From Abditibacteriaceae bacterium (lineage in GTDB: Bacteria; Armatimonadota; Abditibacteriia; Abditibacteriales; Abditibacteriaceae): a stretch of DNA of 24,589 nt. The stretch is taken from contig JANPJS010000187.1 in assembly GCA_031425655.1 (NCBI GenBank), positions 1-24,589 on the forward strand. The letters run 5' to 3'. Position numbers and translations under genes: made by a program. Shown here piece by piece: positions 1-7,473 of this stretch. The notes below the pieces were generated by a model. It did not search any database and was not told the origin of the DNA. It was given only the letters and a program-made list of their open reading frames with translations. Each line of letters begins with the position of its first letter. Within the stretch, counting starts at the first letter, position 1.

Positions 1-61
1 CCAAACCATAGAAACCACACTCAGTCTGTTTGGAAGAGGGCGCCAGCCCCGCTCTGAACTT

Positions 62-1222
62 TTAATACATCAACGCAAAGCTGCCGTCGGGCCGCGCGAA
101 AACGGCGGTCATGCCCCAAACGGGAAGCCCATTTTGCTCACCGCTCGCAAGCGGACGGCGCGCGGCATCGAACATCTGCCATTTCACTTTGCCGCCGCGT
201 GCCCAGCCGGTGCCTTCCGTCCACGCCAGCAAAATTTCGCCGCGCGCGTTGCTTGCCAAAACCGGATGTTTGCGATTGTCACCTTTGCCTGGCGCGCCTA
301 AAATAACGCCGGCTTTGCCATCCTCGTTAAAAGGCGCCCAGAAAATCTGCTGCTCGCTTTCCCACGCCGACAGCAAGCTTTCGGCGATTTTTGCGAACGA
401 ATAACTGCTCATCGGGCAGGCATTGATTTTCCACGGATGAATATTAGCGCCGCGAAAAGTGCGCCCGCCATCCTCCGAAACCATCAAATACGTGTCGCGG
501 TTCTCGATATTGGTGGCCGAGCGATACAAAAGTCGCACTTTTTCACCGGCACCGGCCCACACTTTAAGCTGGCAGCACGCGCAAACGCCGGTCGGCTCAT
601 TCCAGACCATGATTGCTTTGCCAAACGTCGCGCCGTCGTCGTCCGAGCGCACCAGCCAGACACGGCGCCCTTCCTCGCCGCCGCTTTTCACCGCGCCCGA
701 ATGCCAAGCAACGTAAACGTGGCCCTCGTTATCGGCGGCCAGTGAGCCGCCGGCGTCCAAATCGAAACCGCTCGCCATCATATTGCGCTGCGGCTCAAAT
801 TCACCGTTTGGCAGCAAACGCGAATAAAGCATCGGCGAGCCGCCGCCCACGCGCGGCTCGGCTTTGCCCGAACCGTTCCACGCCACATAAACGCGCCCTT
901 CGCGGCCAATCGCGATTTGCCCGCCGCGAATCGTGCCCATCGCGATGGCGCTGCCCATTTGGCTGTTGACGCGAATTGGCGCACTCGAAGTTTTGCCGGC
1001 ATCGCTCGAATGCACATAAAACAAGTCGCCCGCTTTGGGATCGCCTTTGTAATAAAGCAAATGCACGTTCGCGCCCTCGGTGACGATTTGCGGCTGCAAT
1101 CCGCCGTGCGGAACGCGCAAAATTTCCACGCTCGGCGCATTTTGCGCCCGCGCGCAGGACGACAAACCAAAAACTGAGATCAGGAAAAATGAGAAAAGAG
1201 CGATGGCTCGAAGAATTCGCAT
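62..1222 (-). CDS. Secreted or lipoprotein BNR/Asp-box beta-propeller protein (sialidase-like family)
   Basis: 386-aa ORF with a hydrophobic N-terminal signal (MRILRAIALFSFFLISVFGLSSC). Three Asp-box motifs (SSDAGKT, SDDDGATF, SEDGGRTF), plus VCACC and WKINACP motifs typical of this family. Confidence 0.75.
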   Translation of the reverse strand: MRILRAIALFSFFLISVFGLSSCARAQNAPSVEILRVPHGGLQPQIVTEGANVHLLYYKGDPKAGDLFYVHSSDAGKTSSAPIRVNSQMGSAIAMGTIRGGQIAIGREGRVYVAWNGSGKAEPRVGGGSPMLYSRLLPNGEFEPQRNMMASGFDLDAGGSLAADNEGHVYVAWHSGAVKSGGEEGRRVWLVRSDDDGATFGKAIMVWNEPTGVCACCQLKVWAGAGEKVRLLYRSATNIENRDTYLMVSEDGGRTFRGANIHPWKINACPMSSYSFAKIAESLLSAWESEQQIFWAPFNEDGKAGVILGAPGKGDNRKHPVLASNARGEILLAWTEGTGWARGGKVKWQMFDAARRPLASGEQNGLPVWGMTAVFARPDGSFALMY

Positions 1223-1227
1223 GAATC

Positions 1228-2712
1228 TTACGACTTCAACGCCGCCACAACGTCGCGCAGTGTCGCGGCGTTTTCAACTCGTTCGACTAAAGCAGGAAAA
1301 TCGGCAAATTTCGGCAGGCGAATCGAAAAACGCTCGCCGTTTTCTTCGGCGTGAATGACACCCCACGATAGGGACTTGATATTTTCGGCGAAACGTCGCA
1401 CGAAAACGCCGCGCAACGCGGCGCGCGTTTGAGTTGGCGCTGCGTTGCGCGCCGCTTCGATTTCCTCGTCGCTGACCAGCGTTTGCATCAGGCCGGCTTG
1501 CGCGAGTCCGTAATACAAACCGGCTTCGGGATCAACGTTGTGATACGCCAGATCAAGGCTTTGCAGCGTTTCGGTATCGCGCTGCCAATCGAGCTTTTCC
1601 GAGTCGGCGAAATCGTCGAGCAGCATTTTTTTGGCGACCCAATCGAGGCGGTCGTGCAGCGAATTGGGGTCGCTTTCGAGTGCATCTAAGGTAGCTTGCC
1701 ATTCCTCGCAAATCCACTCGCTGCCCGCCATTTTCAGTTCCTGCGCACCGCGCAAAAAGCCCCGCTGCACATCAACCGCGCTGATGCTGTCGCCGTCTTC
1801 GTCTTCGACCAGCCAGCGATAAGAAGCATCGCGCGAAATCTGCTTGACGGCACGCACCGGATCGCGCAGCACAATCGGCGTGCTCCAACCGCTTTCGAGC
1901 AGTGCCACGACCAAATTGGTGGCGCCGACGCGCAGAGCCGTCGCATATTCGGACAGATTGGCATCGCCCGCGATGAAGTGCAGACGACGGGCGCGGCGCG
2001 GATCGCTGTGCGGCTCGTCGCGCGTGTTGACAAGAGGGCGATTCGCCAGCGTGTCCACGCTTTGCAGCACGCTAAAAAAGTCGGCGCGCTGCGAAATCTG
2101 AAAGGGCACGAAGGCCGCGCCGCGTTCCTCGCAGCCGACTTTTCCGGCGCCGGCGTAGATGATGCGCGTGGCCAAAAACGTCGCCATATTCCGCACCACG
2201 TCGTCCCACGGAACGCCCCGCCGCAGCACATAACTTTCGTGCGTGCCGTAGCTGGCGCCGTGAAAATCGGTGTTGTTTTTGAAGATGTCAACGCCTTTGC
2301 CGGTCGCTTCGGACAAGGCGCGGGCACAATCCAGAACGATGCGTTCGCCGGCTTTGTCATGCGCCACGAGCGAACGCAAATCACAGCATTCCGGCGTGGC
2401 GTATTCGGGATGGCCGTGGTCGTTGTAAAGGCGGGCGCCGTTAGTCAAAACGCGGTCGCAGCGGTCTTCGGTCGGAGAATTGACGCGGTCGGTGGGACGG
2501 TCGAATTGCGCGTCGGTTGTGTCCTGCGAAAGCCGTTCCACGTCGAAGCCGCGCACGTCGTGACGCGGGTTTTCCGCGCGATAATTCCACGGCCCGGCTG
2601 CGCGTCCGCGATAACTTTTCACCAAATCGCGCGAGGCGGCCACAAGCGCGTTCGCGTCGGCGCCTGCCACGGTAATGCCGTATTCGGTTTCAATGCCAAA
2701 AAGAGAATTCAT
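1228..2712 (-). CDS. dop: Pup/UBact deamidase-depupylase Dop (PafA2 family)
   Basis: N-terminal GIETEYGI, the Dop-specific loop WNYRAENPRHDVRGF, NGARLYNDHGHPEYATPEC, KNNTD..GASYGTHESY, SQRADFF, RPLVNTRDEPH, RRLHFIAGDAN, LDWVAK and DLAYH. The Dop loop and H-x-HPEY distinguish it from PafA. Confidence 0.9.
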   Translation of the reverse strand: MNSLFGIETEYGITVAGADANALVAASRDLVKSYRGRAAGPWNYRAENPRHDVRGFDVERLSQDTTDAQFDRPTDRVNSPTEDRCDRVLTNGARLYNDHGHPEYATPECCDLRSLVAHDKAGERIVLDCARALSEATGKGVDIFKNNTDFHGASYGTHESYVLRRGVPWDDVVRNMATFLATRIIYAGAGKVGCEERGAAFVPFQISQRADFFSVLQSVDTLANRPLVNTRDEPHSDPRRARRLHFIAGDANLSEYATALRVGATNLVVALLESGWSTPIVLRDPVRAVKQISRDASYRWLVEDEDGDSISAVDVQRGFLRGAQELKMAGSEWICEEWQATLDALESDPNSLHDRLDWVAKKMLLDDFADSEKLDWQRDTETLQSLDLAYHNVDPEAGLYYGLAQAGLMQTLVSDEEIEAARNAAPTQTRAALRGVFVRRFAENIKSLSWGVIHAEENGERFSIRLPKFADFPALVERVENAATLRDVVAALKS

Positions 2713-2713
2713 A

Positions 2714-2774
2714 CTTGATGCTTGACGCTTGATGCTCGATGCAGACCATCCAGCATCAAGAATCCAGCATCAAG
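2714..2774. repeat. Inverted array of heptamer repeats (4+4 units) forming a hairpin
   Basis: CTTGATG CTTGACG CTTGATG CTCGATG, loop CAGAC, then CATCCAG CATCAAG AATCCAG CATCAAG. It fills almost the whole spacer between the WD40 stop and the dop start. Confidence 0.9.
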
Positions 2775-2777
2775 ATT

Positions 2778-4262
2778 TCAATCCACTCGCCAGATTTTGA
2801 CGGTGCGATCTTCGCTGCTTGAATATATCGTGGTGCTGTCGGGGTCAAAAGCCAGAGCCGTCACGAAACCGGTGTGGCCTCGGAGAATCGTGTGGATTTT
2901 CAGCGTGCGCGCGTCCCAAACACGAATCTCGTTGTTGAGCGAAGTGACGGCCAGCCAGCGTCCATCGAGCGAAAAAGCCATATTGCCCTGCCCGTTGAAG
3001 CCGGCCAAAGTGCCGCGAGAATTGCCGGTCGTGACATCGAAAACCTGCACCGTGCCGTCTTGCCGTCCCGCCGCCAACCAGCGCCCGTCCGATGAATAGG
3101 CCAATGACGGCACCGGCGCATTGGTGGGCAAAAGACGGCGCATTTCTCCCGTCGCCGTGTCCCATAAGGCTACGCCACGCCACAAGCCACCGGCCAGCGA
3201 GCCGCCATCGGGCGAAAAAGCCACCGAGGGCGTGGCATCGCTGGCTTTGGCGCCGCCCGGCGGCGGCTCGTTTTCCTGCCAGCGCAGCGTCAGGCGCGGC
3301 GCGCCCGTGGCCACGTCCCAGAGCTTGACTTCGCCTTCGATTAGGCCGTCGCCGGCGCGGAATTTTCCGGGCGCGAGGCCGGTCGCCACAAGGGCGCCGT
3401 CGGGCGAAAACGCGACGGCGGAAATCGGGCGCAGCGGCTTGATGATAAAAGGCCGCGTGGCTCCGGTTGCGGCGTCCCACAAGACCAATTCGGATTCGCG
3501 CGATGTCGCCAGAATTTGGCCCTGCGCCGCGAAAGTCAGGTCTTTGGCGTTGTCGGCTTTGGCATCCAGCGTCAGGCGCAAGCTCCCGGTTGTCGAGTCC
3601 CACAATTTCACGGGAGGTGCGTCGGAGCCGGTCGCCAGCAAAGTGCCGTCGGAGGAAAGGGCGAGCGATTGCAGCGGCACGGCATCGCGGATTTCCGAGA
3701 GCAGCGGCGTGCGACCGCTGACCAAGTCAACGACTAAGGTGCGCCCCCACGGAAAATCAAGGCGCAGTGTCGGCCTTTCGGCGCCGAAGAGGCTCGGCTG
3801 CGCACCTTCGCGCCACCAGCGGTCGGTTGGAGAAACCGCCACGCGCGTTGCAATATCGTCGGCGGGCAACAAATCTTCTAACTTGAAATCCTTAACCAAT
3901 TGGCCGGTCGGCCCGTAAATCGTCAGGCTGTGGTTTTGTCCGGCGTGCCCCCAGGCATCGAAAAGCACAACATAAGGCGTAGTGCGCCCGGCGATGATGG
4001 CATCTACCGGGAAAACCGGCAGCGCGCTACGCCAGACTTCGCGTTCGGCGCCGGTCGCATCCAACGTGATTAACGCGGCGACCGCCGTTGGCCCGTTCGG
4101 CACGACTTTTAAGGCGTAACGCCCATCGCCGGACGCAAAAAAACGCGGCGTCGGAGTTCCCCAGGCCGCGCGAATAACTTTCCACGACTCGGCGCGCGAC
4201 GGCATGGCCGCAAGCAGGCACATCAGAGAAAGGGCGAAGACGGCGAGTCGGTGGCGCATCAT
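2778..4262 (-). CDS. Secreted WD40-repeat protein with an uncharacterised N-terminal domain
   Basis: Signal peptide MMRHRLAVFALSLMCLLAAMPSRA. About 7 WD40 repeats in the C-terminal half (VKLWD, LVLWD, VALWD, IRVWD, GHTGFVTALAF..VKIW). Start placed at 4262 (or 4259) because the 4286 ATG overlaps a -10 element. Confidence 0.8.
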   Translation of the reverse strand: MMRHRLAVFALSLMCLLAAMPSRAESWKVIRAAWGTPTPRFFASGDGRYALKVVPNGPTAVAALITLDATGAEREVWRSALPVFPVDAIIAGRTTPYVVLFDAWGHAGQNHSLTIYGPTGQLVKDFKLEDLLPADDIATRVAVSPTDRWWREGAQPSLFGAERPTLRLDFPWGRTLVVDLVSGRTPLLSEIRDAVPLQSLALSSDGTLLATGSDAPPVKLWDSTTGSLRLTLDAKADNAKDLTFAAQGQILATSRESELVLWDAATGATRPFIIKPLRPISAVAFSPDGALVATGLAPGKFRAGDGLIEGEVKLWDVATGAPRLTLRWQENEPPPGGAKASDATPSVAFSPDGGSLAGGLWRGVALWDTATGEMRRLLPTNAPVPSLAYSSDGRWLAAGRQDGTVQVFDVTTGNSRGTLAGFNGQGNMAFSLDGRWLAVTSLNNEIRVWDARTLKIHTILRGHTGFVTALAFDPDSTTIYSSSEDRTVKIWRVD

Positions 4263-4284
4263 GGCGGTAAAATCTTCGCGTTGC

Positions 4285-4293
4285 ATTATAACA
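4285..4293 (-). promoter_or_regulatory. Extended -10 promoter (TGnTATAAT) for the WD40-dop-BNR genes
   Basis: Minus strand reads TGTTATAAT, a perfect extended -10, about 22 nt upstream of the ATG at 4262. Confidence 0.55.
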
Positions 4294-4352
4294 AGGCGAA
4301 CGCGCGCTTCGGACGTGATCTTCGTGAATTTCGAACATTACGAAATGGCAAT

Positions 4353-5114
4353 TCAATCGGAAAACAAGCGCGGAACGTCATCTTTTGCCTCGCCGACACG
4401 CTCCGGCACAATATCGAGCCGCTTTTGGCCAAACGGACATAAATTGAGCAGCACGCAGCGCCGGCAATCGGGATTGAAGTGATAGCAAACGCGCTGTCCG
4501 TGCAGCATGAGAATTTCGTGATTATCGTAAACCTGCTGCGCTGTCCATTCGGCGGGCAGCATGGCTTCGAGAACCTCGTGCGACGGCCCAACGGCCAAGC
4601 TCGCCGGAATAACTCCCAAGCGAATCGCCACGCGATGATGATGGCTGTCAACCGGCAGCGCGCGGCGCTGCAAAGTGCTGAAACACAGCACAGCAGCGCT
4701 GGTTTTCGGCCCGACGCCCGGCAATTTTTCAAGCCAGCCGCGCGCTTCGACAACCGTTAAATCCGCCAGAAAATCGAGCGTTAACTCACTTCGTTCTTCA
4801 GAAATCTTTTTCAATACGGCTTGAAGGCGCGGCGCTTTTTGTTCGGGCCATGTGCAGTGCGCGATAGCGCGTTCCACGTCTGCGGTCGGCGCATCGCGCA
4901 CCGCTTGCCAGTCGGCAAATTGTGCGCGCAAATTCTTGAAAGCGCGGCTGGAATCGGCGTTTTTGGTGCGATGCGACAGCAATGAGGAAACCAATTCGCT
5001 GAGCGGATCCAGATCGTGAAAATACGCAATCGGACATTTGTATTCGCCGCACAACCGCCGGTGAATTTCGAGCATTTTTTCGCGCGCCGAGGCTTGCGTT
5101 TTCGGTTGAGGCAT
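4353..5114 (-). CDS. Endonuclease III-like HhH-GPD DNA glycosylase with [4Fe-4S] cluster
   Basis: LVSSLLSHRT, HhH motif LEKLPGVGPKTSA, PVDSHHHRV, and C-terminal CYHFNPDCRRCVLLNLC (C-x6-C-x2-C-x5-C). ATG at 5114 preferred over the ORF-track start at 5144. Confidence 0.85.
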   Translation of the reverse strand: MPQPKTQASAREKMLEIHRRLCGEYKCPIAYFHDLDPLSELVSSLLSHRTKNADSSRAFKNLRAQFADWQAVRDAPTADVERAIAHCTWPEQKAPRLQAVLKKISEERSELTLDFLADLTVVEARGWLEKLPGVGPKTSAAVLCFSTLQRRALPVDSHHHRVAIRLGVIPASLAVGPSHEVLEAMLPAEWTAQQVYDNHEILMLHGQRVCYHFNPDCRRCVLLNLCPFGQKRLDIVPERVGEAKDDVPRLFSD

Positions 5115-5151
5115 GACCAAGCGCGGCTGCGAATCGAATGCCACGCAAAAA

Positions 5152-5189
5152 GAAACGCAGAATTAACAATAGCGAAATTTGAGCGTGAC
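5152..5189 (+). promoter_or_regulatory. GlnR-box-like array with 11-bp period upstream of the sigma gene
   Basis: GAAAC-n6-TTAAC-n6-GAAAT-n6-GTGAC at 5152, 5163, 5174 and 5185. Resembles the actinobacterial GlnR consensus gTnAc-n6-GaAAc. Confidence 0.6.
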
Positions 5190-5233
5190 CCGCACCAGTT
5201 AGCCTGAAAGAGTGACAACCGCGAGGTGACTTT

Positions 5234-6322
5234 ATGCACGCTCTTTTTTCCGCGCCGGCAGATGCGCCGGTTTTCGCTTTTGAAGACATTCCTCTGGACG
5301 ATTTAATCGCGCAGGCACAAAGCCACGATCCGGGCGCGGTCGAGCATATTTTAGAGCGGTTTCGACCGCTTTTGCGCTCGCGGATGCATCGTCTTTGGAC
5401 ATCTGTGCGCGAAGAATTGACAAGTCTGGAATGGGCCGACGTGGAAGCGCAAATTCATTTGATGTTTCTCACGCGATTGGGCCAATTCAGGCCGCAAAAC
5501 GGCGTTTATTTCGCGCATTATATCGAGCAAATGCTGACGCTTGATTGTCTGTCGTGGCTGCGTGGCCAACGGCGCGGCGTGGCGGTTCCGTTTTCGCAAT
5601 TATCCGTCGCGGATGCCGCAGACCCCGACGGCTGGCTGGGCGACGATAACGGCACTTTAGCCAGCGACGTGGAAGGCACACTCAGCCTGCGCGCGGCATT
5701 GGACGACCTCAACGACGCGCAGCGCGAAGCCGTGTGGCAGTGCTGCGTTTTAGGCCGCACCGAAGACGAAGTGGCCGCGCGTTTGGGCATTTCGCGCTCG
5801 GCGGTTCGCAACCGATTGCAAGCCGGATTGACGCATTTGCGCGAACATTTTCACGATTTACCGGACAACGCTACGCGCACCGGGCGCACTTCGACCAAGC
5901 AAGCGTTGCTCGATTTTAGAACCGAAGGAATTTTTATGGCAAAGGATGAAAAACGGCCCGACCTCATCGGCATCGGCGCGGGCCGCCCGATTCTCCTGCA
6001 AGGCGTTTTCGATTTCGAGGCGACGGGTTTCAAGACGCCGCAACTGCTTTCGCCCAAACTGCGTTACATCGTGCCGGTCGGCCACGTCGCGGGCATTCGC
6101 TTCGTGCGCGTCGGCGCCATGTGCGACAAAATGGTGTGCCTTTCGACGGTCGTCAATGGAATGCCGCATCGCTTGATTCCTGTGGCCGCCAACGCCGCGA
6201 TGCACGTTCCTTTCGCCATCGTGGAAACGATTCCCGCTGGCTCAGAAATCGAAATTCACATCGCCTCGGACGCGCCGGGAACAGTTGTCGTTGATGTCGG
6301 CGTTTTGCAAATGCCCGCGTGA
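5234..6322 (+). CDS. Sigma-70 family RNA polymerase sigma factor (regions 2 and 4) with a fused ~128-aa C-terminal beta-rich domain
   Basis: RBS GAGGTG before the ATG. Region 2: LIAQAQSHDPGAVEHILERFRPLL...QFRPQNGVYFAHYIEQML. Region 4: LRAALDDLNDAQREAV...EVAARLGISRSAVRNRLQAGLTHLR. The C-terminal extension begins at Met235 (MAKDEKRP...LLQGVFDFE...GTVVVDVGVLQM). Confidence 0.8.
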   Translation: MHALFSAPADAPVFAFEDIPLDDLIAQAQSHDPGAVEHILERFRPLLRSRMHRLWTSVREELTSLEWADVEAQIHLMFLTRLGQFRPQNGVYFAHYIEQMLTLDCLSWLRGQRRGVAVPFSQLSVADAADPDGWLGDDNGTLASDVEGTLSLRAALDDLNDAQREAVWQCCVLGRTEDEVAARLGISRSAVRNRLQAGLTHLREHFHDLPDNATRTGRTSTKQALLDFRTEGIFMAKDEKRPDLIGIGAGRPILLQGVFDFEATGFKTPQLLSPKLRYIVPVGHVAGIRFVRVGAMCDKMVCLSTVVNGMPHRLIPVAANAAMHVPFAIVETIPAGSEIEIHIASDAPGTVVVDVGVLQMPA

Positions 6323-6326
6323 AATT

Positions 6327-7181
6327 ATGGAAACACTCAATTTTTCCGGCCTGCGCGTAGTCGCTTTTGAAAGCCGCCGCGCCGATGAAATGGCCAAGCT
6401 GATCGAACATCACAAAGGCGTGGCGACCGTCGCGCCTTCGATGCGCGAAGTGCCGTTGGAACACAATCCCGAAACCCTCGCTTTCGAGCAGGCGCTTTTA
6501 GCGAACGAACTCGACATGGTGATTTTCCTGACCGGCGTCGGCGTGCGCCTGCTGGCGCGCGAAATCGAAGCGCGCATTCCGCGCGAACGCTGGACAGAAG
6601 CGCTCAAACGCACCGCGATTATCGCGCGCGGGCCAAAACCCGTCGCGGCCTTGAAAGAGTTCGATGTTCCCGTCACGCTGCGCGTGGACGAACCGAATAC
6701 GTGGCGCGAAATCATCGAAGCGTTAGACGAGCGCGAAGCCACGCTGCCACTGAAAAACCGGCGCGTGGCCGTTCAGGAATACGGCATGATAAACCGCAAT
6801 CTACTGGTCGGTTTGCACACGCGCGGCGCCAATGTGCTGCGCGTGCCGGTCTATAAATGGGCGCTGCCCGAAGACACCGGCCCGCTGCGTGCGGCATTGG
6901 AAGACATCATCGAAGATCGCTTCGACGTGGCGCTTTTCACGGCGGGCATTCAAATGTGGCATCTCTTCAAATTAGCTGGCGAAATGGGCATGGAAAACGA
7001 ATTGCGCGAGGGTTTGCGCCGCTTGATTCTGGTATCCATCGGCCCCGCGACCAGTGAAACGTTCGCGGAACTCGAATTAGTGCCCGATCTCACGCCGGAG
7101 CATCCCAAAATGGGCCATTTGGTGCGCCATGCCGCGATTCACAGCCGCGCCGCGTTGGAATCAAAACGCGCTTTGGTTTAG
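6327..7181 (+). CDS. hemD: Uroporphyrinogen-III synthase (HemD family)
   Basis: GLRVVAFESRRADEM..LI, VAPSMREVPL, DMVIFLTGVG, ARGPKP..AL, VAVQEYG, VPVYKWALPED, SIGPATSE and PEHPKMGHLV. ATG at 6327 lies 4 nt after the sigma stop. Confidence 0.8.
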   Translation: METLNFSGLRVVAFESRRADEMAKLIEHHKGVATVAPSMREVPLEHNPETLAFEQALLANELDMVIFLTGVGVRLLAREIEARIPRERWTEALKRTAIIARGPKPVAALKEFDVPVTLRVDEPNTWREIIEALDEREATLPLKNRRVAVQEYGMINRNLLVGLHTRGANVLRVPVYKWALPEDTGPLRAALEDIIEDRFDVALFTAGIQMWHLFKLAGEMGMENELREGLRRLILVSIGPATSETFAELELVPDLTPEHPKMGHLVRHAAIHSRAALESKRALV

Positions 7182-7185
7182 GAAG

Positions 7186-7322
7186 CTGAAACTTTTAATT
7201 GGAACACGGATTTCATACACGGAAACAGCCACGGATTTTCACGGATTTTTTGGATTGATCTGCGAAAATCCGCGTATGAAATCCGTGTCTGCGAAGCCGC
7301 CGTGTTCCATTGAAAGTTTCAG
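7186..7322. repeat. Long palindromic intergenic element, ACACGG family, copy 1 (inverted relative to copies 2 and 3)
   Basis: Ends are CTGAAACTTTTAATTGGAACACGG and CCGTGTTCCATTGAAAGTTTCAG, with internal CACGGA/TCCGTG repeats. Centre GGATTTTTTGGATTGATC is the reverse complement of the GATCAATCCAAA centre of the other copies. Confidence 0.85.
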
Positions 7323-7355
7323 ACTTCAAAAATCATCTCTTCTGCCTCAAACGCC

Positions 7356-7393
7356 GAAATGTCCGCGTAACAAAAAATTCACTCGCATTAAAC
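7356..7393 (+). promoter_or_regulatory. GlnR-box-like array with 11-bp period upstream of nirB
   Basis: GAAAT-n6-GTAAC-n6-TTCAC-n6-TAAAC at 7356, 7367, 7378 and 7389. The core AACAAAAAATTCACT (7369-7383) matches the nasA upstream site at 14 of 15 positions. Confidence 0.6.
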
Positions 7394-7473
7394 AATTTTC
7401 GTGTGGACAAGGCGCCCGAAAGCTCGCACTTTACTTTGCGATGCAGCGTAGCGCTGCCGAAAGGATGTGCATT

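Noticed and set aside
1228..2712. Calling this gene pafA (Pup ligase)
   Set aside because: It has the Dop-specific loop and the HGHPEY motif rather than PafA's GSHPEY-type motif.
1696..2718. 340-aa plus-strand ORF
   Set aside because: Antisense shadow of dop in GC-rich DNA, with no recognisable motifs. The same applies to the other overlapping shadow ORFs (e.g. 2845-3603, 3121-3918, 21025-21762).
7382..7406. Possible NnaR-type inverted site (CTCGCA...GTGTG) upstream of nirB
   Set aside because: Poor symmetry, no matching site seen upstream of nasA, and it overlaps the better-supported 11-bp array.
7129..7473. 115-aa N-terminal extension of NirB in the ORF track
   Set aside because: It runs through the end of hemD, a palindromic repeat and the promoter region. 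NirB homology and a good RBS begin at ATG 7474.
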